Assembly (NCBI GenBank): GCA_963674865.2
Contig: CAXXYE010000009.1
Span: 352,001 to 416,000 of the forward strand
Direction: 5' to 3'
Length of the DNA stretch: 64,000 nucleotides
Source of the DNA: Candidatus Hydrogenedentota bacterium
GTDB taxonomy: Bacteria; Hydrogenedentota; Hydrogenedentia; Hydrogenedentales; SLHB01
Positions 21,673 to 30,057 of the stretch are shown here, piece after piece. Position 1 is the stretch's first letter. Each line of letters starts with the position of its first letter. The notes below the pieces were generated by a model. That model saw only the letters and a program-made list of their open reading frames with translations. It searched no databases and was not told the DNA's origin. The position numbers and the translations under genes are program-made.

Positions 21673-22203
21673 TTACCGTGCTGGTGACAAAACGAGGCTC
21701 ATGTTCCGGCCCTCGAGGCGAAGCCTCTGCACGTCGTGTGTTTCCTGGCACAGGTCCTTCGTTGCCTCGACGACGCGGGCCAAGATTTCGTGGCCGAATT
21801 CCGGATGGGCCAACTCGCGACCCCGGAACATGATCGTTACCTTTACCTTATTGCCTTGCTGCAAAAACTCGCGTACGTGATTCGTCTTGTAGTCGAAATC
21901 GTGCACGTCGATTTTGGGCCGGTACTTGATTTCCTTTACCGTGATCGTGTGTTGATGCTTCTTCGACTCCTTGACTCGCTTGCTCTGCTGGTAGCGGTAC
22001 TTCCCGTAGTCCATGATCCGGCAAACCGGCGGAGCCGCGTTCGGCGCGACCTCCACAAGGTCAAGGTTCCGCTCCGTGGCTTCCCGAAGGGCATCTTCGG
22101 GACTCATAATGCCAAGTTGCGTACCTTCCTCATCAATCACACGAATCTGGCGCGCACGGATCATTCCGTTCACGCGCACTTTGTCACCTTGCGACCTGAC
22201 GAT
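21673..22203 (-). CDS. infC: Translation initiation factor IF-3 (probable ATC start codon)
   Basis: LDLVEVAPNAAPPVCRIMDYGKY, KEIKYRPKIDVHD, IMFRGRE; perfect SD TAAGGAGGT at 22219-22211 positions ATC (22203-22201) as the start. Confidence 0.95.
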   Translation of the reverse strand: MVRSQGDKVRVNGMIRARQIRVIDEEGTQLGIMSPEDALREATERNLDLVEVAPNAAPPVCRIMDYGKYRYQQSKRVKESKKHQHTITVKEIKYRPKIDVHDFDYKTNHVREFLQQGNKVKVTIMFRGRELAHPEFGHEILARVVEATKDLCQETHDVQRLRLEGRNMSLVLSPAR

Positions 22204-22278
22204 GCGCAGCACCTCCTTAGTTGATTAACCAGCGTTTCTTCCACGGCCCGCCAATGGCCACAAGGCCGTGAAATCAAC

Positions 22279-22315
22279 AAAAAAAGCCGGCAGGGAACAC
22301 CAGTTTCCTGCCGGC
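22279..22315 (-). terminator. Attenuator terminator of the infC leader
   Basis: GCCGGCAGGAAAC-TGGT-GTTCCCTGCCGGC followed by TTTTTTT. Confidence 0.88.
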
Positions 22316-22395
22316 AAATAGAGCCGAACTAGAATTTACTGACCTTGCCGGCAGGTCCATGCCGCCGCAAGGTGAGAAGCTGGCGCTCCTACTTG
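22279..22395 (-). ncRNA. L20 ribosomal-protein leader (cis-regulatory attenuator)
   Basis: AAGTAGGAGCGCCAGCTTCTCACCTTGC...GCAAGGT resembles the L20 leader as I recall it; followed by a terminator and upstream of infC-rpmI-rplT. Confidence 0.8.
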
Positions 22396-22419
22396 TCATC
22401 ACACATCTGCGATGGCGGA

Positions 22420-22449
22420 AGCCTACCACCAAGCGTGATGCCATGTCAA
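22420..22449 (-). promoter_or_regulatory. sigma-70 promoter of the infC operon
   Basis: TTGACA (22449-22444), 18 nt, TGn-TAGGCT (22425-22420). Confidence 0.7.
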
Positions 22450-22463
22450 CTTGGAGATGGGCT

Positions 22464-24419
22464 TCACATCTGGCCGTCGGCCCGATATAGCCGCTCGTGC
22501 TCGCCGTCGACAACCACGGGGAGGTCGAGCGTAGCAGGCTTCGGCGCAATTACATAGTGAAATGAGAACCTATCGCCAAGCGACTGCCATTCCGTTCCCG
22601 GCCGAGCTTCCCAGACCTCAAGCCAATCCCTGTCGTCCGCTCGGGGCGGCACGTCATAGCGCTTCCCATAGATATCCGCATAGATGCTGTGAATGGCGGG
22701 TGCCAGGGACGGCATGTAACCTACCCATTCATGGATGGTGGTGGGCGTCATGACGGGATGGCCCGTACACGCCTGAAGCGTGAAGGCCGTCGGCGGCTCC
22801 ACCAGCATCGCATCCGCCTCCCCGCGTCCCGCAAGGTACTGCGCCACATTACGTTGGAACGGCGTCGAGGGAAGAGGGTCCCGCGTGCGCCACTGGCCAA
22901 ACAGCAGTGCCGCCACCATGAGCAGACACAATCCAGCCGTCGCCGTGCCCTGGAGCTTGGATTCGAGCATACCTTTCAGCCGGCTTTTCGCCAGAGCCTT
23001 GGCCGCGAAGGCCGCTGCTGCGCCGCAAATGAGACATGCCGCGCCGAACTGGTGGTACGCAGCCAATCCGGCGAGGCCCGCGAGACACATGAACGCCCAG
23101 GGAGTGGCGAATGACCTGTCGCTTTGTAGACGCAGGAAGAGCCCCGTCAGCGCCGCGCCGCAGAGCGGATAGAACACCATGGCGCCCGTCCCGAGATAGC
23201 GCCCATAGAGGTCCGGGCCGGCCAGATGCCCAAGAACAGGCCGGATCAGGAGATAAGCCAGGCACGCCGAGAGAAGAACAGCGAGAGGTGTGGCCCTGCC
23301 GCGTGTCCGCAAGCCCTTCTCCGAAAGTACGGCCACCACCCCGGCCACGACGAGCGGCGGCACGTGCAGCATCAGCCGGTACGGTAGCCAAGATACCAGG
23401 ATTCGAGGCGTATCTGGGCCCATAGCGATGTGAGCGGCAAGAATCGGCCAAACAACGGCCGCCACACACGCCGTGTAGGCCGCCCACCCCGCCCACGGCC
23501 CCCAGCGCCCCTTTTCACGGCGCTCCAAACGCGCGGCGGCAGCGCTCATGAGCAGCATCCCCACCAAAGCGATGTGGCTGTTTCCGGTGACGGGCACGCC
23601 CCGGTGCGCGTCATGGTAGAAGGTGAGGGTCTTCCAGAAGGCGTCCGCATCGATATCCGAGGAATAGACGCCGCCCGTCGGTGTTGGCGGCACAAGAGGA
23701 CGCTGGAGCAGCCAAAGGGCCGCGCACAGGGCCAATCCCGCCATTCCCCAACGCACTGCCTGGATCAGATGAGGCCGCTGTCCACTGGACCACGCCCAAG
23801 CGCTGAACAACAGCATGAAGAGGAATAGCGCGGGCGTCTGGCCAAGGTGGATGCACGGCATCAGCCCGATGAGGAAGTATCCCACGCGCCAATAGCCCGC
23901 AAACAAGAGCGCAAGCGCGGCCAGGGCGTATCCCATCGGCACGTGCCCGTTCGAGAACATCGCCGGCCAGACGAACTGAGGATACGTGCTGTCGAACTCG
24001 AGATGGATGCCCGCCAGTATCAGCACGGCCGCGACGTGGCCCCAGAGGGCCCGCCGCGTCAACAACGCCCCCACAAGGAACGGCGGCAAAACAGTCGCCA
24101 TCAGGAACAGGATGTTCCGTGACCCGCATACCACCGCCGGCCCCGGCGCCAGCCACAGCAAGGCGGCCGCCGTGTACGTCTGGATACTGTAGGCCCCGCG
24201 GGCGTACCGGAAGAAGGGGTGGGCCTCCGGATAGGGCACTTGGCGGAGGATGGCCTGGGCGTACTCGTAGTTCTCATCCCACTGGACGCCCCGAATCCAC
24301 ACCGCGCTGATGGCGAACAGGATCCAGAGCACCACGCCAAGGCAAACCGTCCGGCGGAGACGCCCCTGAGGCCCACTATCGGCTCCGCTCCGCGTATTGG
24401 CATCCATTTCCGCCGGCAT
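22464..24419 (-). CDS. Hypothetical polytopic membrane protein (possibly GT-C-like)
   Basis: Many hydrophobic helices, acidic WDE after the first TM, C-terminal soluble domain; start 24419 or 24407. Confidence 0.7.
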   Translation of the reverse strand: MPAEMDANTRSGADSGPQGRLRRTVCLGVVLWILFAISAVWIRGVQWDENYEYAQAILRQVPYPEAHPFFRYARGAYSIQTYTAAALLWLAPGPAVVCGSRNILFLMATVLPPFLVGALLTRRALWGHVAAVLILAGIHLEFDSTYPQFVWPAMFSNGHVPMGYALAALALLFAGYWRVGYFLIGLMPCIHLGQTPALFLFMLLFSAWAWSSGQRPHLIQAVRWGMAGLALCAALWLLQRPLVPPTPTGGVYSSDIDADAFWKTLTFYHDAHRGVPVTGNSHIALVGMLLMSAAAARLERREKGRWGPWAGWAAYTACVAAVVWPILAAHIAMGPDTPRILVSWLPYRLMLHVPPLVVAGVVAVLSEKGLRTRGRATPLAVLLSACLAYLLIRPVLGHLAGPDLYGRYLGTGAMVFYPLCGAALTGLFLRLQSDRSFATPWAFMCLAGLAGLAAYHQFGAACLICGAAAAFAAKALAKSRLKGMLESKLQGTATAGLCLLMVAALLFGQWRTRDPLPSTPFQRNVAQYLAGRGEADAMLVEPPTAFTLQACTGHPVMTPTTIHEWVGYMPSLAPAIHSIYADIYGKRYDVPPRADDRDWLEVWEARPGTEWQSLGDRFSFHYVIAPKPATLDLPVVVDGEHERLYRADGQM

Positions 24420-24785
24420 CTCCCCGCCTCTCCCGCCGCGTGTTCCGCGCCCACGGCCAAGATGGGGACAATGTAGCACATTTCCCGCCGGGCCGGTTCG
24501 GATTCGCCACGCCGACGGCAAGCTCTCCCTGGATCCGCGGGACCGACCACCCGTCCAAGGGCTTGCGATGGCGTCCGCCACTTCGCGAGTCGCATTGAGG
24601 AGCGACCTTGACGGCAAGGTGGCATTGGGCCTGCGTCAGTCTTCGCGGTATTCCCGTCCAACACGGCCTCCCCAAAGGAACCTCGCTCCGGTAGACGTGC
24701 GGCCTTGACCTGCGGTTCCTGGTGAGATGCGGGAACGTGGCTCCTGTCGGTGGGGCGTGCGCATAGTCCCCCCAGTCCAGCGAGG

Positions 24786-25080
24786 GCCCCGAAGGGGTGG
24801 CCGTATGTAGCTGTGGATTTGCTCTGCTCACCCACCGACACGAGATCTCAACAATCTGACGCCCCGAAGGGGTGGCCGTATGTAGCCGTGGGTGAGCGAA
24901 GCGAGCCCACGGGAACCGGCCCAGCCCAGCGAAAGCCCCGAACGGGGCGGCCGCGACTGTCATCACCGCAAGACGGATTCTAGGGAGAAATTCAGAGCGC
25001 TGTTGAAGGCCCACGGCGTCGATTTTCGACGAGGAGTACTCTTGGCGGTAGAGTGAGGGCGCTATCACCCCGTTCGGGGC
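24786..25080. repeat. REP-like repeat cluster of the IS200/RAYT-associated type
   Basis: 26-bp perfect direct repeat GCCCCGAAGGGGTGGCCGTATGTAGC (24786-24811, 24861-24886), GTAG-footed hairpin CCGTGGGT...GCCCACGG, related copies at 24935-24953 and inverted at 25066-25080. Confidence 0.8.
24961..25051 (+). pseudogene. C-terminal remnant of an IS200/IS605-family (TnpA-Y1/RAYT) transposase
   Basis: Reads HHRKTDSREKFRALLKAHGVDF/DEEYSWR* with one frameshift, resembling the recalled HH.K.F.EE...LL..HG..FDE.Y.W terminus of these enzymes; flanked by REP-like repeats. Confidence 0.6.
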
Positions 25081-25152
25081 GCCGGAATGTTGAGTGCCCG
25101 TACGCCATGAGACAACCGAGGCGCCGCGTTTCCGAGGGAAAACGGGAATTGT

Positions 25153-25303
25153 GGGGCTGTTGAAACAGTCCCATTCGCCCCAGAGGTTGAGCGAAACACC
25201 GGGACTGTCCCAAGCGGAGTCCGCCGCAGGCGGACGCAGACGGGACTGTCCCAGGTCCTTTCGCGGCCTGCGTCCGGCAACTCTGGACTTTTTCAACGGC
25301 CCC
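25153..25303. mobile_element. MITE (151 bp) with 19-bp TIRs and 5-bp target-site duplication
   Basis: TIRs GGGGCTGTTGAAACAGTCC / GGACTTTTTCAACGGCCCC (17/19 match), flanked on both sides by ATTGT (25148-25152, 25304-25308); no transposase-sized ORF. Confidence 0.85.
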
Positions 25304-25387
25304 ATTGTAGACCTATATCTGCAAAACGTGCGCACAGAACCAATGAAATGCCACGAAATCCCTCTCCATAACGCAGGCAAAGTGACT

Positions 25388-25416
25388 TTGACGGCGTCGC
25401 CAAACGGGACTATCAT
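25388..25416 (+). promoter_or_regulatory. sigma-70 promoter
   Basis: TTGACG, 17 nt, TATCAT upstream of the 25458 ORF. Confidence 0.6.
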
Positions 25417-25457
25417 GTCACGAAACGGGGATGTGGTGGGCGCAGGGAGAATGACAC

Positions 25458-25865
25458 ATGGCCGCGTCACGCGATTTGAGCCCGGGGGAGTCGTGGGATC
25501 TTATGCAGATCGCCATCCGGCAGCGCCGGCTGGTATGGGGACTGGCGGCTCTGATGGTGTGCAGTTCCTTCACGTTCTACCTCATGGTCACCTCTTCGGT
25601 ACGAATCGGATTCAGCCCCTTTGCTCTCCCCGTCATTGTCTTCCTAGCAGCAAACTTGTATCCGATGCTGCGATCCCTCGGAAGACGCATGCCGTTCTGT
25701 ATTGGCGTCGCAGTTATGCTGTTCATTCCTCTCGTCGGCTTGGTGGTTCTCGGGGTCGCCATTGCCGAAGCAAGCAACGCCCTCCGCGCCGCCGGCCTGG
25801 ATGTTGATTGGCTCGGCGCCCGCACACGCCACATCCTCCTCCTGCGAGCCACGGCCTCGCGGTGA
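25458..25865 (+). CDS. Small hypothetical membrane protein (about 3 TM)
   Basis: 135-aa hydrophobic ORF with GGGAG RBS and upstream promoter. Confidence 0.7.
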   Translation: MAASRDLSPGESWDLMQIAIRQRRLVWGLAALMVCSSFTFYLMVTSSVRIGFSPFALPVIVFLAANLYPMLRSLGRRMPFCIGVAVMLFIPLVGLVVLGVAIAEASNALRAAGLDVDWLGARTRHILLLRATASR

Positions 25866-26302
25866 CGCCGCGTGTGCGCGAGCTGCGTCACGAATCATGA
25901 GGCGTGCCGCTCTGCTCCAAAGCCGGAAACGCCAAGTCCCGCCCTCCTTCACTAACCGAGGTCCACCCCTGACGTGTCACCAAGTCAACGCGCAGCCAAT
26001 TGGCCACCCGGCCACGCGGGGGGCGTGCGTCGAAACCAGGTTTGTTGCCCCAAATGAGGTATCCACACCCCACATCCGGCTTCCGATGCGTGTTTCGGCG
26101 CTACCTCTTTCGGCCCTGTTCGGCTTGATCCCCAGGGAAAAGCGGTGTTAGGGTGCGGCCGGAAAGCCACCGAATGACGAGGGGCGACGGTTTTGGGCCT
26201 TGAGGCCGAAGGACTTACAAGTGCTTTCTGGCCGCATCCCGCCGGGAACTGCGCTTTCAGGCCGGACTTCTAGGCTCGCACGGTTTGGCGGAATCCCCCT
26301 GG

Positions 26303-26318
26303 CGGCACGCAATTTGCT
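26303..26318 (+). promoter_or_regulatory. Candidate sigma-54 (-24/-12) promoter of the ABC operon
   Basis: CGGCACGCAATTTGCT = GG-N10-GC, close to the TGGCACG-N4-TTGC consensus. Confidence 0.6.
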
Positions 26319-26516
26319 TCCTCTGGGGCCACATGGATCGCTATGCGTGATCCGTGCCGCCGTCCGGGTGCGGAGCTTCAGTGATATCCCACGGGTGGGA
26401 CAACGCCTCTGACGGGGACTGTACAAGGAGCGCACCTCGCGGAGAGCCGACATTGGGAGCCGCTCAAAGAGCCCAACAGGCATTATCCATGTGGATGTGA
26501 CGGGAGAGGAGAAGCG

Positions 26517-27482
26517 ATGATCAAAGCGCAAGGGCTGACGATGCATTACGGGCCGGTGGTGGCCCTCGATAATGTGTCTTTCGAGGTCAAACGCGGCGAA
26601 GTCGTCGGTTTGCTCGGGCCAAACGGCGCCGGCAAATCCACCACGATGAAAATACTCACCACGTACCTCTGTCCCACGGGAGGCACGGCCGAGGTCGGAG
26701 GGCTTGACGTGCTCAAAGAGCCGTTGGCCGTGCGCAAGATCATCGGCTACCTGCCCGAAATCCTGCCCCTGTATATGGACATGGAGGTCCGGGCCTATCT
26801 CGACTTTGTCGGCAAGGCGCGCGGCCTGTCCGGGCAGCAGCTTCGCAGGCAAACCGACTACGTGCTCGACGAATGTGGCCTGCGCCCCATGTATCGCAAG
26901 GTAATCCGCGAGCTTTCAAAGGGATACAAACAGCGTACCGGCCTGGCTCAGGCCCTGATCCACGACCCCAGCATCATCGTTTTTGACGAGCCGACTTCCG
27001 GCCTCGACCCCCACCAGATCATCGAAATCCGGGAGCTTGTGCGAAAGCTCGCCGCCGAGAAGACCGTCATCCTCTCGACCCATATCCTGCAGGAGGTCCA
27101 AGCCACGGCGGATCGCATTGTCATCATCAACCGCGGCCGCATCGTCGCCGACGGCACTATCGACGAACTCCGCGAGCGCGCCAGCAAGCAGGAACGCGCG
27201 CAAGTCGCCGTCGTCGGACGCCGTGAGGAGGTTGGACGCCTTCTCACGGGAGTTTCCGGCGCGCGAAATGTCGAATTCCGAGAGGAGCGAGGCGACTGCG
27301 TCTCATTCACCGTCTTCGGCAAGCCGGGCGCCGACCTCTGCCGCGAGGTCAGCGAACTGGCCCGCACGAAAGACTGGCAGCTTCGCGAATTGACGGACTG
27401 TCCCCTCTCCCTTGAGGAAACGTTCTTGACGTTGACGGAGCCCGAACGGGCCGCCGCTACCGCGGAAGGAGGCGCGCGATGA
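26517..27482 (+). CDS. ABC transporter ATP-binding protein (GldA-like)
   Basis: GPNGAGKSTT, LSKGYKQR signature, FDEPTSGLDP, STHIL. Confidence 0.93.
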   Translation: MIKAQGLTMHYGPVVALDNVSFEVKRGEVVGLLGPNGAGKSTTMKILTTYLCPTGGTAEVGGLDVLKEPLAVRKIIGYLPEILPLYMDMEVRAYLDFVGKARGLSGQQLRRQTDYVLDECGLRPMYRKVIRELSKGYKQRTGLAQALIHDPSIIVFDEPTSGLDPHQIIEIRELVRKLAAEKTVILSTHILQEVQATADRIVIINRGRIVADGTIDELRERASKQERAQVAVVGRREEVGRLLTGVSGARNVEFREERGDCVSFTVFGKPGADLCREVSELARTKDWQLRELTDCPLSLEETFLTLTEPERAAATAEGGAR

Positions 27483-29990
27483 AAAACGTTCTGACCATCC
27501 TCCGGCGCGACTTGGGCGCCTTCTTCACCTCGCCCGTCGGCTACATCTTCATGATCGTTTTCCTGCTCATCAGCGTGGGACTCTATATCACCGCGTTCTT
27601 CACGTTCCCGGTGGCCGACATGCGCATGTTCTTCACGAACCTGCCGCTCCTGCTGTGTGTGTTCGTCCCCGCCGTAACGATGCGCGTGTGGGCCGAGGAG
27701 CGCAAGGAGAACACCTGGGAACTGCTCCTTACCTTCCCCATGAAATCGTGGCAGCTTGTGCTTGGCAAGTTCCTCGCCTGCCTCGTCTTCCTCGCGGCGA
27801 CGCTGGCAGCCACCTGCACCGTCCCCATCATGCTGGCCGCGCTGGGCAATCCGGATGGAGGCGTCATCTTCGGCGGCTACGTAGGCACGCTGCTCCTCGG
27901 CGCTTTCTTCCTATCCATCGGCATCTTCTTCTCCGGCTCTGCAAAGACCAGATTGTCGCCTTCGTCGTCACGCTGCTCGCGTGCTTCCTCGTCTTCCTGC
28001 TCGGAACCACCTTCATCGCCTCCTACCTGGACGGCGTGATGTCCGGCCTTGGATCGGCCCTCTCCGAGTTGGTGGGCGTTCTCGGCCACTACAACGCCTT
28101 CACGCGAGGCGTCGTCGAGGTCGGCGACCTTCTTTACTTCCTCGCGTGGATCGCCGTCTTCCTGTTCCTGAACATGATGTTCATCGAGCGGCGCAGCCGG
28201 CCCGGCGCCACGACCATCTTTATCGGCGCGGTGGCCATCTGTCTGGCCATCGGCCTCACGTTCAACTGGCTTCTGACGGGACAGAGCTTCGGCCGGTTCG
28301 ACCTTACCGAGGACAAGATATTCACCGTGTCGGAGGCGACCAAGACCATTCTGGACAAGCTCGACACGCCGTGCAGGTTAAGCTCTACATCACGCCCAAA
28401 GACAAGATGCCCACCGGCATGACGCAGCTTGAACAGGATATCGAGGCGAAGCTCGAGGAGATGCGCGTCGCATCCGGCGGGAAGATCCAACACACGACGG
28501 TTCATCTGGAAGCGGCGAACGTCTTGGCCGGGCCCGACACCGAGGATGAGGACGCCGAAGAAGGGGACGAAGCAAAGGCCATCGAGAAGCGGATGCTCGA
28601 CAAGGGCGTGAAGCCCTTCTCCGCCCAAGCCATCAGCCAGGATCAGGTGACAAGCAAATGGGTGTACTCGAGCCTCGGTGTAGGCTATCGCGACAAGAAA
28701 GAGGAGATTATCCCGCAGATCATCCCCGATAACCTCCAGGAACTCGAGTACCGCCTGGTGAACACGATCTACAAACTCACCATGGACAAGCCGCCCGTCG
28801 TAGCGCTCGTGGCCCCGAAGGAGGCCGTCACCATTCCCCCGCAGATGCGCCAGTTGTACGAGCAGATGGGCCAGCCCATCCCCTCCTCCGACGATCCTTA
28901 TGTCTATCTTGAACAGGTCCTTCGGTACGAGAAGTATGACGTGCAGCGCGTCGACCTCACCGAAGACAGCCCGCTCCCGGAGGAATACGACACCCTCGTG
29001 GTCGTCAATCCGAGGTCGCTCAATGAACGGCAGCGCTGGGAGATCAACCGCGCCGTCGTTTCCGGCAAGTCCGTCGTACTGGCCGTCCAGCAATATGAAT
29101 GGGACTACCGCGTCGAGCGCGATCGCGTGAGTCTGAACAAGCGGGATGAGTCGCCGGAGATCGATCCGCTCCTTGAGGAGTACGGCCTCGGCGTCAGCAA
29201 AGACATCCTCATGGACACCAACAGTCTTGCCCTGCAGACAAGCGGGGGAGGACTCGACGCGCTCTTAGGTATGGGGCAGATGGTGGACGCGCCCACCCAC
29301 GTGCTCGTGAGCAACGAGAACATGGATAAGGACACCTCCATCACCAGCCGCCTGGACACCATCTTCTATCTCTGGGGGACGGCCGTCGAGTTGAACAAGG
29401 AGGAGCTTGCGAAGCACGGCCTCGAAGCCAAGACCATTATGTCGACCACGGACGAAGCATGGGCCGTGCCCGCCGATGCGCCGCTCACCAGCGCCTCCCT
29501 CGAACCGCCTGCGTCCGGCGGCGAGAAGTTCCCCCTCATGGTGCTCGTCCAAGGCCAGTTCCCGGACGCCTACAAGGGTGAGCCTCGGCCGGCTTGGCCC
29601 GTCGAGCCGCCCCGGCCCGGCGCCCCGCCGCGCCCCCCGAAAACCGACGAGGCCGAGGCCGCGCCTATCTCGCCCGGCCCCGCCAAGCTCGTCTTGTTGG
29701 GATGTTCAGAGATGTTTCGGAAGAACTTTCTCCGGCAAGGGAACCTGGACCTGTTCCTCAACTGCGTGGACGCCGTCACGTTGGGCGACGACATTATCAA
29801 CGTCCGTGGGCGCAAGCCCATCGACCGGGCCATCGCCATGCCGTCCTCCGGCAAGCGCAATTTCTGGAAGGTCATCAACTACGGTTTGGGCACCCTCGCG
29901 ATCACCGTGACGGGTGTCACCACCCTGCTCTTGCGGAGGCGCGCGCGAAACGCCTACACCATGGCATACGCCAGACGGAACGGGGCCTAA
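27479..29990 (+). CDS. Fused GldF-like ABC-2 permease + GldG-like auxiliary domain; two frameshifts (~27937, ~28370)
   Basis: Three consecutive frames: TMRVWAEERKENTWELLLTFP, then CKDQIVAF...RFDLTEDKIFTVSEATK, then VQVKLYIT...LEYRL...C-terminal TM; adding one base at each site gives one ~837-aa ORF. Confidence 0.85.
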
Positions 29991-30057
29991 CGGCCAGGCC
30001 CCCGGTGGGCCCGTTAGAAGCACGTGCATGAATGACTGCTCGGGAGGTTAGGAAGCG

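Noticed and set aside
24786..24953. 26-bp direct repeats as a mini-CRISPR
   Set aside because: Only two exact copies plus degenerate and inverted ones, no cas genes; fits a REP/IS200-type organisation
24420..25457. Gene-orientation switch suggesting oriC
   Set aside because: No DnaA-box cluster or AT-rich unwinding element; by eye the + strand stays C-rich on both sides; the region is explained by repeats and a MITE
24376..25470. 364-aa minus-strand ORF and other ORFs across the repeat region
   Set aside because: Translate repeat and MITE sequence (duplicated LHTATPSG); no protein-like composition
26517..29990. Gliding motility
   Set aside because: GldAFG-like ABC modules are widespread; no T9SS or gld motor genes in the window
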